64,000 nt of DNA from Sminthopsis crassicaudata (GCF_048593235.1 NC_133621.1:301887146-301951145), one strand, 5' to 3'. Numbered from the stretch's first letter, positions 1 to 38,150 are shown. The notes: generated from the letters alone by a model not told the origin. A program made the numbers and translations.

Positions 1-73
1 CAGGGCAGAGGGGCACCTCCACGGACTACTTTTCTTGTGCGTAAGAGCGAGTAGGGGCGGGTGTCCGACACAC

Positions 74-490
74 CTCCCTCCTCCTCCCCCGTTCCCCCGC
101 CACTCTCCTCTCCTTCTCTCCTCCCCTCCCTTCTCCTCCTCCTACCTCCCCCTCCAATGCCCTCCTTCCAGCTTCCCATCTTCTCTTCTTCCTCCATTAT
201 CCCCGCACCTCTTCTTCTCTTCTCTAAATTCTTTCTCCCTCTCTTAACTTTTCGCCTATCTACTCCGCCTCCCCTTCTTCCCCTCCCTCACTTTTCTTTC
301 CTTTCTCCTTCTTCCTTTCCCTATAACCTCTTTTCTCCTCCCTCTCTTCCTCTCTCCTCTCCCTTTTCTCCTCCCCTTTATCTCTGCCCTTCCCTCCCTC
401 CCTCTCATTCTCCTCCCCTTCTCTTTTTCCCTCCCTCTTCTCCCTGTCTCTTTTCCTCTCCCTCTCCTCCTCCTTTCTCCCTCCTCCCCG
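74..490. repeat. ~420 bp polypyrimidine/polypurine (C/T on +) low-complexity tract
   Basis: Almost exclusively C and T with few interruptions. Confidence 0.95.
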
Positions 491-519
491 TTCCACATCG
501 GGCTAAACAGACCTGCTAG

Positions 520-810
520 GTGCACGAGCAGAGCCGAGCTAAAAATATAAGCGACATGTTAGCAACAGCCTTCCCATTGGCCAGTCGGTGCGACTGGCAG
601 CGTCTGATTGGTCTTCGAGACTGACCAATAGGGATGATGGAAGCGGAGGGGGCGGGGATTGCTTGCGTAGAGCCAGTCGGATCACTCGTGTAATGCAAGG
701 GATGCTGGGAGTTGTAGTCGTCACTGAACTTCCCCCTCCCCTCCCTTTAATGCCCTCTGGTCCCAGGGGTGAAAAGCTTGCTTGGATATGTTCATACCTT
801 AGCCGGCGCT
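520..810 (-). promoter_or_regulatory. TOB2: Promoter with three CCAAT boxes, probably TOB2 (by synteny)
   Basis: ATTGG 576-580 and 607-611, CCAAT 625-629, GC box ~650, CpG-rich; gene identity inferred only from human gene order TOB2-PHF5A-ACO2-POLR3H-CSDC2. Confidence 0.45.
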
Positions 811-3800
811 AGAATCTAAGAGCTGTATTGACCAAAGGGAAGTGTTTGGGCCCAACAACTAACTAGCAATCATTGACCCGCCTTTCCAATCTAAGCAGTG
901 GAGTGAATGAGCCACCTGGAAGCAGCCCCCTTATTTTCAGAGGTTACAGTAAATGACAGAGTTGGGATCTAGCTCGGGTTCCCCGGGCCCCCAAACTTAA
1001 AGGTTTTCCACTGGCCCAGTCCAAACCAGCATTTTCATAGAATTGCAGGATCACATGAATGGGAATCCCTGAGATGCTCATCCAGCATCCTCTTGAGGAC
1101 CTCCAGTCTGGGCAACCTCCTCTCCTCCCTTGACAGCCCCATCCACTTGTAAGGTTATCATGTAGTCAGGAGGACTCCTGTCAGACACTGTTTGCCCCAG
1201 TTTCCTCCTCTATAGAGGTTCATAATGGCACTTAAATGCCAGAGTTCGATGAGGTTCAGATGACATGGGATTTCTAAAGCACAGTGCCAAGCACACAGTA
1301 GGTGCTTAATCAATGCTTGCTGCCCTTTTCCCTGGTTGGAACAGCGTTCCTTATAGTGAACCTCTGTCTATCTCTCTGTAACAATTCTGCTCTCACATGC
1401 CTGGTTCTGCTTTCTGAGGCTGATTCTTCCACAAGCTGGCCCTTTTAGGAGCTGAAGGAGGATCTTAGAAAGTTACATCCAACTACTACCTTGAGGGTCT
1501 CCCCATAAATCATAAGGCCCAGCTACCCCCCAAAACACAGATGCTGGCACTGATGGTTAGCAGGAGTGCTCAGTTTTAGAAATTACGTTCCTTCCCTTTC
1601 CCAATGCCCTCTTCTCCCAGATAAAAAGCATATAACCCATCGATCGCCTTCCTAAAGTCTTATGTCCAGGAAGAGGTCACATTGTCGGGGTGTTTGAGTG
1701 TGGCTCTGTTGACTCTGACTTCATTTCTCTTCCCATTCCACCACAGTGGAAAGGAGACCGAATCTCCATCCACAACCAGGAGCCGGGTCATTAAACTGGT
1801 AAAGGACATTAGGTTTCAACCTTCTCTCCTTGGTTGTCAGCTGATGCGGTCCTCCCTCTGCTTGTAAGGTTTCAAGTTTCCCTGAGTCTGTGTGCCTTTA
1901 TTCAAATCTCCCCCTGCAGTGCTGAGAACACCCAGATCCTGAAGTGAGGCAGCCCAGCCAAGCACTCAGTGGAAGGCTCTGGGAAAAGGCTAAATAAAGC
2001 CCCATAAATGCATCAAGAGGAAAAGGGGATTTTTTCAAAGGCAAATGAGCTCATGCCTCCTTCAGCAACTGCTAGGGCCTTCAGCAACCATGTGAAAGCC
2101 ACACACACACACATTTTTCCTAATGATCAATTTCCTCTACCAGGACAAGCCAGTAATTGTTGGGAGCCAAATTCACAGACACTTCAACCTGTCTCCTCCC
2201 TTTCCAAATGGTCCCATCCAAAAAGAACACAGCAGGTTGCTGGGTTTCTCTAGAAGGCCTGGGCGTTGGGGAGGGGACACAGCAGCAAACTTTTCCCAGT
2301 GGTCAGCAAGTCCTGCCAAATGGCTTTTGCTCCGACGGGTCAGGCAGGTTATAATTGGCCCCAATTAACTCTCCGAGTTGAGTGACACTCACACCAGAGT
2401 GAGAAACAGCCCCTGAGCTCTTTGAAGTCATCAAAGAGAAAATAGTTTGGGATTTTGTTTTTTTGTTGTTTTTAGTTTCCAGCCAGGGCAGAAAAGCATC
2501 TGAAGGAACCGGCTTTGAAGGAGTGAGATTGGATGGTTGGAGCAAATGATTTTCTACTCACCATGAATCATGGCAGTGAATTTAGATGAACACAGAAAAG
2601 GGGGCTGAGAAACCCTTCCTTTGTTCAAAGGAAATCACATCTGTGCCTTAGGAGCGGCGACAAAGGCCATCATGGGTAAAGGTTCAGAAAAGCTCCAAGA
2701 ATAACTAGAATGAGGTTGTAATATATGGGGGTGGGCCCAGGGGGATTACAAACCCCCAACTTTTAGCCTCTATGCTTCAATCCAAGAAATTAGAAATTCG
2801 TTTCCTATGGGTTTACCAATTCGAGGAAGTCTGAACTCACCCACTGCTTTTAATTCAAGCCTTTAGCAACTCGCAATAGGTTGGGTGATGGAAGAATCCT
2901 CAGGTTTTCTGGCCCAACTCACTCATCGTACAAATGAAGAAACTGAGGCATAGAGAAATTAGAAGTTAAATTCCAGCCTCATTTACTAGCTGTGTAAATC
3001 TGGGCAAGTTACTTAATGTCTCAGTTTTCTCAACTAGGTAATGAGTCCTTGAGTTGCCTCCAGGAATATCGTGAAGTCCAAATGAAATCTGAACAAGTAA
3101 ATGTTTTTCCTCTATGAGACTTGGGAGAGTAGCATTTGGATTAATAGGATAAAAAAGTCAATGGGCGAGTAGCTTCCTTCTGTGGATCCTTCTCCTTTGG
3201 ATCAATTTTTTGTCTTTCCATCTGGCCCCCTCTATCTCGGATTCCACCATCATGTAACATCACATTATTTCCTTGTGCTCTGCCCACACTACACCCCAAT
3301 TTGGGGTTCGGGGAATGTTTGGTGGATGATAGCAAATGGTACATCCAATCTCCAACAGAAACTTCTATTCCCAAATTGTGAATGTGTATTCAAATTATAT
3401 AAAGCAAACAAACAAAAAACAAGAAATACTCGAGGAAACTGTTCTTGGCTAAGTGAGGAATCCAATTAAATCCTTCTGTCTGTTTCCTTCCCTTGGAAAT
3501 CTCCACCTGCAATCCCTGATTGGCTGGCTACCAAAGAGAAGGAAAGAAGGGCCACACTCTTTTCAAAGAGAGGCCTGGTAAAACCAGAAAGAATGGAACT
3601 AGGCAGTTTTAATGGAATTTCAGGAGGACGAGATGATCTTATATTTCTGGTCCTAAATACTAGCCTTGCCTTTGGTAACAAATTCCCAAAGCTGGAGTTA
3701 ATGGGCCAAGGACTTCCAGCTGAGGCCCTTGCATATCAAAGTGATCTCTGGAGTTTCCTATCTTTGTGTGAAACTGCCCGGAGCCCCCTGATAGGATTCT

Positions 3801-3913
3801 CTTACCCTCCCACTCCAAGATGGGGAGGGAGAGAGAGACAGAATGGGGGAGGGAAGGAGAAAGAGAGAGAGAGAGAAGGTGCTGAAGACTACAAGTAGAA
3901 CAGAAACACCAAC

Positions 3914-3919
3914 TTTATT
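3914..3919 (-). terminator. PHF5A: PHF5A polyadenylation signal AATAAA
   Basis: TTTATT on + strand ~565 nt past the stop; followed on - strand by a CT/U-rich tract (3820-3880) that could act as downstream element. Confidence 0.7.
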
Positions 3920-4482
3920 ACCACCAGCTAAAGCTACTGAGAAGATCTTGGATCATTCTTCCTTGAATAGGACATCAGGAGAAAAGGAGACCGTGATGGC
4001 CACAACCCCAGGGGCATGCTCAGACACATCTGCAGCCAGCACGTCTCCCAGCCCACCTAAAATGCTGCTAGCGCTACAGAGGGGGATTCTGGAGGAGGTG
4101 ACTTTGAAATCACATTCCTCCCTCTGCTGCTGCTGGAGTTTCCCAGGCAACTCCCCAGACTGGACTAACATGATACTAGTCAGCCTTGCAGAACCCGTCC
4201 ATCGGTGCAGAGATGGCACTGCAGAGAGGGGACCGCCCCCCAGCTTCTCTCATATAGGGGAGGCCTACTTGAGGGCCCATTTCTAGTTGTTCCCTAGTAC
4301 CGTCCCTTTGCTCTGCCACATTTCTGGGCACAGGGACAGGGATGGAGGTGGAGAGGCGGAGGTAGGCACTGGCAAATCTGGTAATCCTCGGGTCCTTTTC
4401 CCCCTTTCCACGGAGATGAGGGTGGTAGGGGTATCTTCTCGAGCCGGGGCAGCAGCATGGCGGTGGGGCAAGGTCAAGCCAA

Positions 4483-4572
4483 TCACCTCTTCTTAAAGCC
4501 GTATTTCTTCCGTTCGTAGAAAAGATCAGTCTTGGAACTTCCCAGGTTGACAATCTTTGGACAACCATCTCT
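4483..4572 (-). CDS. PHF5A: PHF5A coding exon 4 (RDGCPKIV...GFKKR*)
   Basis: Overlaps ORF 4483..4686; CAG acceptor, TGA at 4485-4483. Confidence 0.97.
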
Positions 4573-7500
4573 CTGGCAAAGCAAAGGAAAGCAGGCAAAT
4601 GTTAAAAGGCACAGCCTGTAAACCTGAACCCAGATGCAATCCTGGGACAAGATCCTGGGGTCCCTGCGCCATCCTCTGAGACTCAATGACCTAGACCCAC
4701 CTGCTCCTAAGAAGAAACCTTCCCAAGTGGCCTTCTAGCCTCCATCTCAAACCTTCCTTCAGTAATGAGGAACTTATTATCCTCCTGAAGGTGGGATAGA
4801 TCTGCTATTCCTCTAAGCCAGAGACTGGGGAGGCCTGTGAAACTGGATGGGGGAAAATCTTCTATTTCTACTGATCTTTGGTTTCCTTCGTCTTTTATCT
4901 TGTGCACTTTATTTCAGACTGCCTACAACTCATCTCAATACAGGGACATCTTGTGTCAGTCCCCCACATGGAGGCAGCCCCTGCTCCCGAAGTGTGCCCT
5001 TCAAGATTCTAAGGCCACCAGCAGTCCTCAACCGTAGCTCAAGTCTACAGGAGAGTGACTTTCAGGCCTCTGCCCTTTTCCTTTTCTTTAGGTGGGGACT
5101 AGGAAAGGGAGGGGAAGCAGAGAAATGTTTTGAGTCACAGTTAAAATTAGGCTACTGCAGACCATCAATACACAGAATGCCATCAAAGTGTCTCCTGGGT
5201 TATAGGCAAGAGTGACTCTGAGGCATCCCTGTGCACCCCTGAGGGCATCCTGTGTTCAGGATGGTCCCCGAGGAGGCCTAAGGAAACATCTGGGAAGCGA
5301 TGGCCCCCATTGGGCTGCTCTGGGAAGTCAGGAGGAAAAGCAGAAAAGAGGCAACCAAGAGAAATGACATCTGGAGCGTCATAGTTTGTTAAACGCTACA
5401 TCAAAGGCCCCTATAGTGGCCCCCTGGGGGATGCCCCAAATCCCCAGCAGCTGCTTTTCCCTCACACTCTCCTATTGCCCATTCCTCCGAGGACTAAGAA
5501 CTGTATCAAAGGCTCCTTCCCCCTTCCCTGCACTGAGTCATCCTCCCTCTGCAAAGGCAAAACCCAGCTCTCAGCTTTTGAGTTTCTCAGTCATGCTATA
5601 CTGCACTGTCCTTGCAGACAGAGCCAAACTGCCTGCTCTGAGCCTTCGTGTCCTCCATGCTGGCCATGGAGAGGACCAAGAGGCTCCATGCTGACCCAAT
5701 CTGCTCCCTGGGGCCTGCTTTCCTCCCCACTGACTTAGGGGATACATGGCTTTCACTTTCCCCACCCCCAGCCAGGTTTCCTTTTCTGCCCATGTCCCTA
5801 GAGACTTCAGAGAAGTTAGTGCTGTTTTCTATGGATTTTAAGAGACAAGATTATGTCTTTGCCTTTTCCCCCTAAATAACAAATCTGCAAACAGCCCGAA
5901 AGCCAGGGGCACAGCAGAACCTCCTTTGGTGCTCACTGTCAAGGGTCTAAGTACTGCAGACAAGACCAGAAACATGTCAGACGGCTGCCCCGGGGGAGCT
6001 GCTGTGTCAGGAAGAGCATGCTGGGATGTTCAAACCTGTCTCCAAACAGGAACAGCCCCAGCCTGAGCCAGTCTCGAGGCCCCCCCTTAGGAGGGCTGCT
6101 TTAGGGTCAGCACGTAACAGCCTAGGAGACCATCTCGTGGCTCCAATTCCTAGGGCACGCTCCAGGCCAAAATCAGGCAGACTTGCTGGCAAGTCTGACC
6201 TAAAAACTGGCTGGAACTGAAGAGCTCAGTCCCTCTGGCTACTGAGGGAACTGCTCTTGCTGATGCCTTCCTAAGTAGGGCTGGGTTCAAATCCATGCCT
6301 TTGGCAGGAGTTAAGTTTCATGGGAACCCAGGTTCAGAACTGAAGAAAACCTGAGAGATCACTTGGGCCAAACCTCAAAGAAGGAAGTAGCTTGTTCGGA
6401 GTCATTCCCCCCCCAAATCTGCTCACCCTTCTATTCAACTATGCTCTAATCCATTCCTGAACAGGAAGTCAGAAAAATAGAATGGACTTAACTATATCAC
6501 AGTCTTTCTTCTGCATGGTCAGTAACCTCATGAACATCTGAATCAGAAGCGACAACCCTGAAGAAGCAGCTGACCTCTATCCCGCACACACTCAGCCTCT
6601 CTATGGACTCAGTCACTTAATTTCTGGGCAGTCTTCAACTTGCAGAGAAGAGGAAGAGAGGGTTTCCCGACCATGCCCTGTCTATTGCAGCCTTCCATGG
6701 GGACCGCCATGTCCAATTGCTGCCACATGGCTGCCCAGAGGACACACCTCCCTCCCAGGGCCACCTTGTTTTTCCATCCCCTTCCTTCACATCTGAGGCA
6801 GCTTGCAGTGGGTTAGGCAGCCCTGGGACAGTCTGGGCCTGTGGCTTGTCCTGCCCCCCTGTTCCTTGGATTTAAAATATGGGGACCAAACTCCAACCCT
6901 AAATCTATGGTCCTCTGACTGTAGCCCCGCTCCCTCCCCTACAGGTGAAACCATTTCTCATCACCAAGTCCAGTCTGTCAAACAGAACCTGGAGGGGGGA
7001 CCCTTAGTCCCTCATGCCTGCAAAGAAAGGGGCACACCCTCGGCTCCACAAATCTCCCAAGTCACTAGAACCCCGGCCCAAAGACAAAGCCAGCAGTTTG
7101 GCCATGAGGCTCATCAGCCTGGGTATAGGCTGTGATGGAGACTTCCTGTTTTGGCTAAAATAGCCTACTTCCTAGACAAAGGATCTCCCCCCTCAATGGT
7201 TGCCTGACAGCTTCTCTCCTCCCTGTGTACCCCTGTCCCTATTCCCGTCCTGGGGAGGGAGGAGCCTTTGTTGGAGCTTCCTCTTGTCCCCGAAATTCCT
7301 TTGGGGAATTGTCTGGGTTCAGGGTGTTTTAACCTGACAGAATATAGACCCCTTGAAGGCAGGAGCTCTTTCCTACTGGGGCTGCCTGTTACTCTGTGGT
7401 ACCCCCCTTTGCCTTGTAATACTCAGAGGGTTTCTCTCATTCAATGCCTTCCACCACTCTTAAAGGCTGAAGAACAGACTAGTAATGGCTGGGAACTATC

Positions 7501-10500
7501 TACATAGAAAACGAAACACAAAATACATAAAAAGAATTTCTGGGGAAAGGATCCTAGCAATTTGGGGGAGGGGGAGAGAGAAAGACAAGATCCATTTCCC
7601 TCTTGGACGTGGCCCTTCAGCGGATGCTAGAGACTCTGGGAGGCCAGGGTGAGAAGAGAAGAGGAGGGTCACATATGGGAACCTCCAAGCAGGGTGGGAA
7701 GGAAGGGAAGGAGCATTTCCACAGGGCCTGCTCTGTGCCAGGGAGGGTGTGAAGCGCTTTTGAAATGAAGTTATCAGAATATTTCAAAAGCAATCCCAGA
7801 TTCCCTGGAAGGCCTCTATGAACCCCAAAGAGGGAGATTTGAGGCCCTCAGAAGCCATCAGTGTTTCCTGAGCAGTGATGTGTGTGAGATGGCAGGGGGG
7901 AGAGGATGGCCTAGAAAAGGGAGGGTCTGGAGGCAGGTGAGAAATGCCAGCCCAAGGCTGGTGGCTGTACATGGGGGACAGACGGTGTGCACTGTGGGGA
8001 GATCAAGACAAAGGGAAGAGTCAAGGGTACCACAGGCTGTGATGCTGAGAAAGAGGAGTCCTGAACGTCCCAACTTTGAGATATCCACAGTTGGTGGGGA
8101 TGGACAAGTTCATCAAGCCTGGAGCTCGAGGAGAAAATGGCTGGCTCCGGAGAGTGGCAATGGTCAGCAAGGTAATGGGGTCATTGAGGAAGAACGAAGA
8201 GAGGAGATGACTGAGGAAAGAGTCAGGGGCATGGCCCCCCCCCCCCCATTCCCGCCAGGTGGATGAAAACTCAAGAGATTGCTTGCAAGGGGACCCGTGT
8301 CAACAACTGCAGCAGAAAAGTCAAAGGGAGGGGGGGGAGGAGAAAAGCTCATCGGGCATGGCCAGTGCCAGCATTGAAGCAGCAGTGACTAAGAACGTGG
8401 AGGCGAGTCTGGCTGTGAGGGGAAAGGGAGCTCAGAAATAGAGAAGGAGCCTTGGAGCCGGGATCGGGCCTCTCCAGAAAGGCCCCGGACCTCCTGAGTT
8501 TGGAGCCAGGGAGGAGAAGCCACAAGGGGGAGGACCCAGAGCGTCCCATCCAGAAGAAGCAAGCACAAGGGGAGGGAGGCTGAGCCTGATCAGGGGGTGC
8601 TCAAAGTACAGAATGAACCCCAATCTGCCATTGTGTCAGGGAGCTTAAGCATCTGTGCTTCCTCATGTACATGCTGGAAGGGAATGGTGGCAGGAAGTCA
8701 GGGCTGGGTTTGGAGGAACAAGAGGAAAAGAGCCTCCAGGGCAGAGAACAGGAAGGCAAAAACAGGAGGCCATGAACGGACTCTTGCCTGATTTCTTGTG
8801 TCTCCATGGCCATTTATAGGGAGGGAGGATCCTGCTAGCTTGCCATAGCCACTGCTACGGGGCTCCAGGAGCACCGTCAGTCTTCAAATTCTGCTCATTT
8901 ACAAAAGGCGGGACCCGGGCATCAAGGAGCCAGCTCACCTCTCCCCACCCTCCATGAGGGACAAAGTGAGAAAGACTCAGACCAGCAGCAGAAACCAAGG
9001 AAGGGCCCCCCGGATGCCCAGCCAGACTCATTTTCTGAACATAAGATGCCAGCCGAGATTGGAGGGGCTATCAAGTGCAAAGCCATTCCCCAAGTAGCAA
9101 AATCCAGGTACTCTTCATCTAGGTTGAAGATTATCTTGGTTATTAATGAAGTATGAGCAGTCAACCCACCGCAAGCATTCACTGAGCGGTTCCTTGCAGG
9201 CGGACCCCACCTCACGTCAATACTCCATTACATAGAGAAAAGCAAGGATTAAAGAATAATATGTCCTGAAATGGTGCTATAACTGGGAGAGAACCTTCTG
9301 GGTGGCCCAAGACCAGAATCCAGAAGTGGTAAGAGCCCCAAACCCAATGTTTTGGGGGTGGGGCCGCTGGGAGATTTTAGTACTTTAGCAGCATCTCAGT
9401 GGGGTCTTGTCATATTACGAGGGTGTGGTTGTAATATATTTGCAACACATCTTTATTGAAAGGTGGTTGGTTGGGGAGGGTCTGCATTTCCAGGCCAGAC
9501 AGACAAGACAGCCAGAAATTCGAAGGTCCTGACTCGGGGAGCTATACTCCAACACAGCAAAAAACTGAAGGGGAACTAATTGCACCACACCCGATGAAGA
9601 GTGATGAATGAGGGAGAAATGACTGACTGAAATTAGGCGGGTGAATCTCAGGACTCTGAGATCTCAAGAATCTGTATAATGGACAACTAATTCCACCTGA
9701 AAAATTCTCCAATCTAATCAAGCCTTTTCCCCTTTTTGGCTAAAAATAGCTGGAGGGAGCCTGAGCTTCAGACACCAAGGAGGGCTGGTTTGGGCAATGC
9801 CACTTCTGGGACCACCCAAGAAGTGATGTACTATGCCAAGACCACAGAGTGGCTCCTGATGCCCTGCTGATCCTGCCACGTCTAGCCAGGTCTTCTCTGT
9901 GGGAGAGGAAATCACACAAATACTTTTATCTACGGTCCCAAGAAGGAAGCAAGCTACTAGATTTACTGGGAGACAGTGGAAATGGTGAAGCCTTCACTGA
10001 CCGAGCTTCTTGGCTGATAATCACTTTTCTTTTGGGACTTTATTTGGCAACTCTCTGACATGTTTGTACTTTCATGTTGTATATTATGGTTACCTATGCA
10101 TCCCATAACTCTGGATCTCCATTGGGGAGGGCCTTTGTTTTTTCTAACCTTTATCTTTCCCTCAATGCTTAGCATGTCCCATGTAGGCCCTTAAAGGTAA
10201 AAGCCTGCTTTTGGCACTGGTCCACACTGGGCAGCAAGCCTGTGGCTGGGGGAGGAGACGAGCAAAAAATGCCAAGAGGCAGTGACTTCTTCAGTAACAG
10301 CTTGGCAGATACCTTCCTCAAAACCAACAAAGTGTTCATTGTGCCCCGGTATGCAAAGCGAGCTGCAGTGATCTTTCTGATCAGGCCCACTTGGGGAAGG
10401 TGCCCATGCTCAGTTACTATCGTTCACTGTGAATTAGCACAACTAAATATAGGCAGCAGACTCGCCAAAATGCAGGGCCAAGGTTATGATATTTGTTTTC

Positions 10501-12050
10501 CATGTGCATTTTCTGTATTTGGCAGCGGGTACAAAGAGCTCTCAGGATCCAGAGAGATCAGACTAGAGAACGAAAGAGTAAGGAGGCGCAGACACTTGCT
10601 GGGAAGCGCTGACGGGGGCTGCTAGGTAGCACTACGTGACTGAAGGGCGGGCCACTCACGTCTTTCTCCTGGATGGTACACTCCTTGCAGTAATAGGCGT
10701 CGGACACTCCGGGGCCCCCACAGATCACACAGCGCCCCTGGTAGGAGCCATAGTTGCACTCATCACATATCCGGACCAAAGTGCAGGGGCGGACATAGGA
10801 GTCACAGATCACACACTTCCCGTCACCTGTGGGAAAAAAATAATCACACCATGAAATTCACCCGTGGACAGCTGCTGCTTCGACTCCGGTCCCGTCCGTA
10901 CCATGGGTACGCTACGTTCTTCTACATCACTTCCGTCCCAGTTGTTGTGTATCCAAAAACTGAATACTCCAGAAGCATTCCTTCCACAAGAGGAGTCAAT
11001 GGATCATCACAATCCTGTCTTCCCCTCCTCCATCTTCAACAGAGCCTAGGAGCACCTTACAAAACCTGCAGTTTTTATAAATGTCCCGTGTTCCTTTTAG
11101 AATTCCCCCTAGGAGCCGTTATTTCGTCTATCTCGGGAGGACTTGTCCAAGCACATGTAGAATTGGACAAGTTCACTTTTACTCTTACTGAAGGCAGGAA
11201 AACACGGCTTCTCCCCCTCTCTGGGACCCCACGTGCCCCTCAGCAATGGGGAGCCTGTTCATACTCACATTTTTCACACAGCCTCCCGATGGCTAGCGGA
11301 AAGAAAGAAGAAATGCAAGACGGTTAAAATTTATCGGCAAACCATGTCTGCCCACGTTGGGAAAGGATCGGGTTTTTTGTTTGGGCTCTGGTTGCACAAA
11401 GCTTGGGGGAGCCAATCAATCGTTAAGCACCTAATGAGGTCCTCCCGCTTCCGCCCTCAAGGAGCCTACCCAGCGGTTCAAATCAATGCAAATGTTTGCT
11501 TATATATATTTTTCAACTTTCCAAATACACACAAAGACAACCAGACAGCAAGCAATCCAATGTAGGGTAAACATCGCACAGCATTTATTAGGCGCTGCAG
11601 CCAGACAGTGGCCCACAGCTGGGCTAATTCGACCTCAACTCCTCAGCCTAGTCCCCCATCCTCAATGCGCAGGCGCCTGGTTGCAACGGTCGCGCGGCCC
11701 CTGGCCCAAAGCGCAGGCGTCCCAGATGCAGTTCCGGACGTCCCGCGGGTTCCCCAGCCCCCGCCCCGGGCCCAATACGCAGGCGCCCTGCGTCCAACTA
11801 AGCCATGCACCGCCCCCCCCCCCATCACTCCTTCTATCCAAACTATCCGGCGCCGTGTCCCCGTTTCCCGCTCCCCTGCCTCCGTCGATTTGGGGCGGGA
11901 AAAGCGACGTCTCACAGGCAGAAGGGCAAGAGTACCCACAAACCCGATTCCCGCCTCAAAGACGCCTCAGAGCTCGAGACGAGCTGGTTCCGACTCACCG
12001 ACACCGGCCTGTTTGCGACAGAAGATCAAATCCGGATGATGTTTGGCCAT
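4483..12050 (-). CDS. PHF5A: PHD finger-like domain protein 5A (SF3b14b, U2 snRNP SF3b subunit), 110 aa; complement(join(4483..4572,10660..10826,11269..11292,11999..12050))
   Basis: Spliced translation [110 protein letters not shown]; exons 52+24+167+90=333 nt, all GT-AG. Confidence 0.98.
10660..10826 (-). CDS. PHF5A: PHF5A coding exon 3 (CDGKCVIC...IQEKD)
   Basis: Overlaps ORF 10558..10812; CAG acceptor, GTGAGT donor. Confidence 0.97.
11269..11292 (-). CDS. PHF5A: PHF5A coding exon 2 (24 nt, A-IGRLCEK-C)
   Basis: TAG acceptor, GTGAGT donor, frame fits neighbouring exons. Confidence 0.95.
11999..12050 (-). CDS. PHF5A: PHF5A coding exon 1 ([17 protein letters not shown])
   Basis: ATG at 12050-12048; donor GTGAGT at 11998-11993. 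Confidence 0.97.
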
Positions 12051-12590
12051 CGCCTCACCTCAGGCCGGTCGCCGGAAGCAGCCGCAGCTTCCGCTCAACC
12101 TCTGACCTCCTTCAAGCCCCACCTCCCTGCTCATCGAGGTCCTCGCTTCCTACCAAGCCCCGCCCCTCCAATTCCCACCCCACCCTTCCGCAGCCGAGCC
12201 GGTGGTGAGCGGATTCTGAGTCCAGCCTGAGAGGAGAGTAAGCGTCCTCTGGACGCTCCTCCGTTTGTCTCAGACCGAGCTGCCACCAGTAACAGGGATG
12301 GCCTGAGCGCGGACTATAACGGGACCGGCTCCCTGTCATTTGGCTGGTTTCTTGGCCCGCCCCTTGTACTTCTCGGCCAATCCCACTCTCCCGGATAGCG
12401 GTTCAACTCTCGATGGATGAGCGTCGGCCCCGCCCCCTCCCTGGCATCTCCGGCTCCTCTGCCAGTCTGGGCTTCTCAGGCTCCGCCCACAATCCAACCC
12501 GGAGGCTCCGGACAAGCCCCGCCTTCTTGTGCGTGGCTAGGCCCCGCCCCCGAAGGCTTTAAAAGGCGCCCTCCCGCGCGTCACTTCCAC

Positions 12591-12617
12591 GCGACCACAT
12601 CTTTGTCAGTGCACAAA

Positions 12618-12624
<7 letters not shown>
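12591..12624 (+). promoter_or_regulatory. ACO2: Iron-responsive element (IRE) in ACO2 5' UTR
   Basis: CAU-C(bulge 12601)-UUUGU-CAGUGC loop(12607-12612)-ACAAA-AUG: canonical IRE stem-loop; ACO2 5' IRE is established in mammals. Confidence 0.95.

Positions 12625-38150
<25,526 letters not shown>

Noticed and set aside
35-525. Pro/Ser/Leu-rich and Arg/Glu/Gly-rich ORFs
   Set aside because: Translation of a C/T tract that cannot contain stops
552-571. p53 response element around ACATGT
   Set aside because: First half-site has two mismatches and no second half-site
9216-9265. Poison exon in PHF5A intron 3
   Set aside because: Donor is good but the acceptor has almost no pyrimidine tract; no other support
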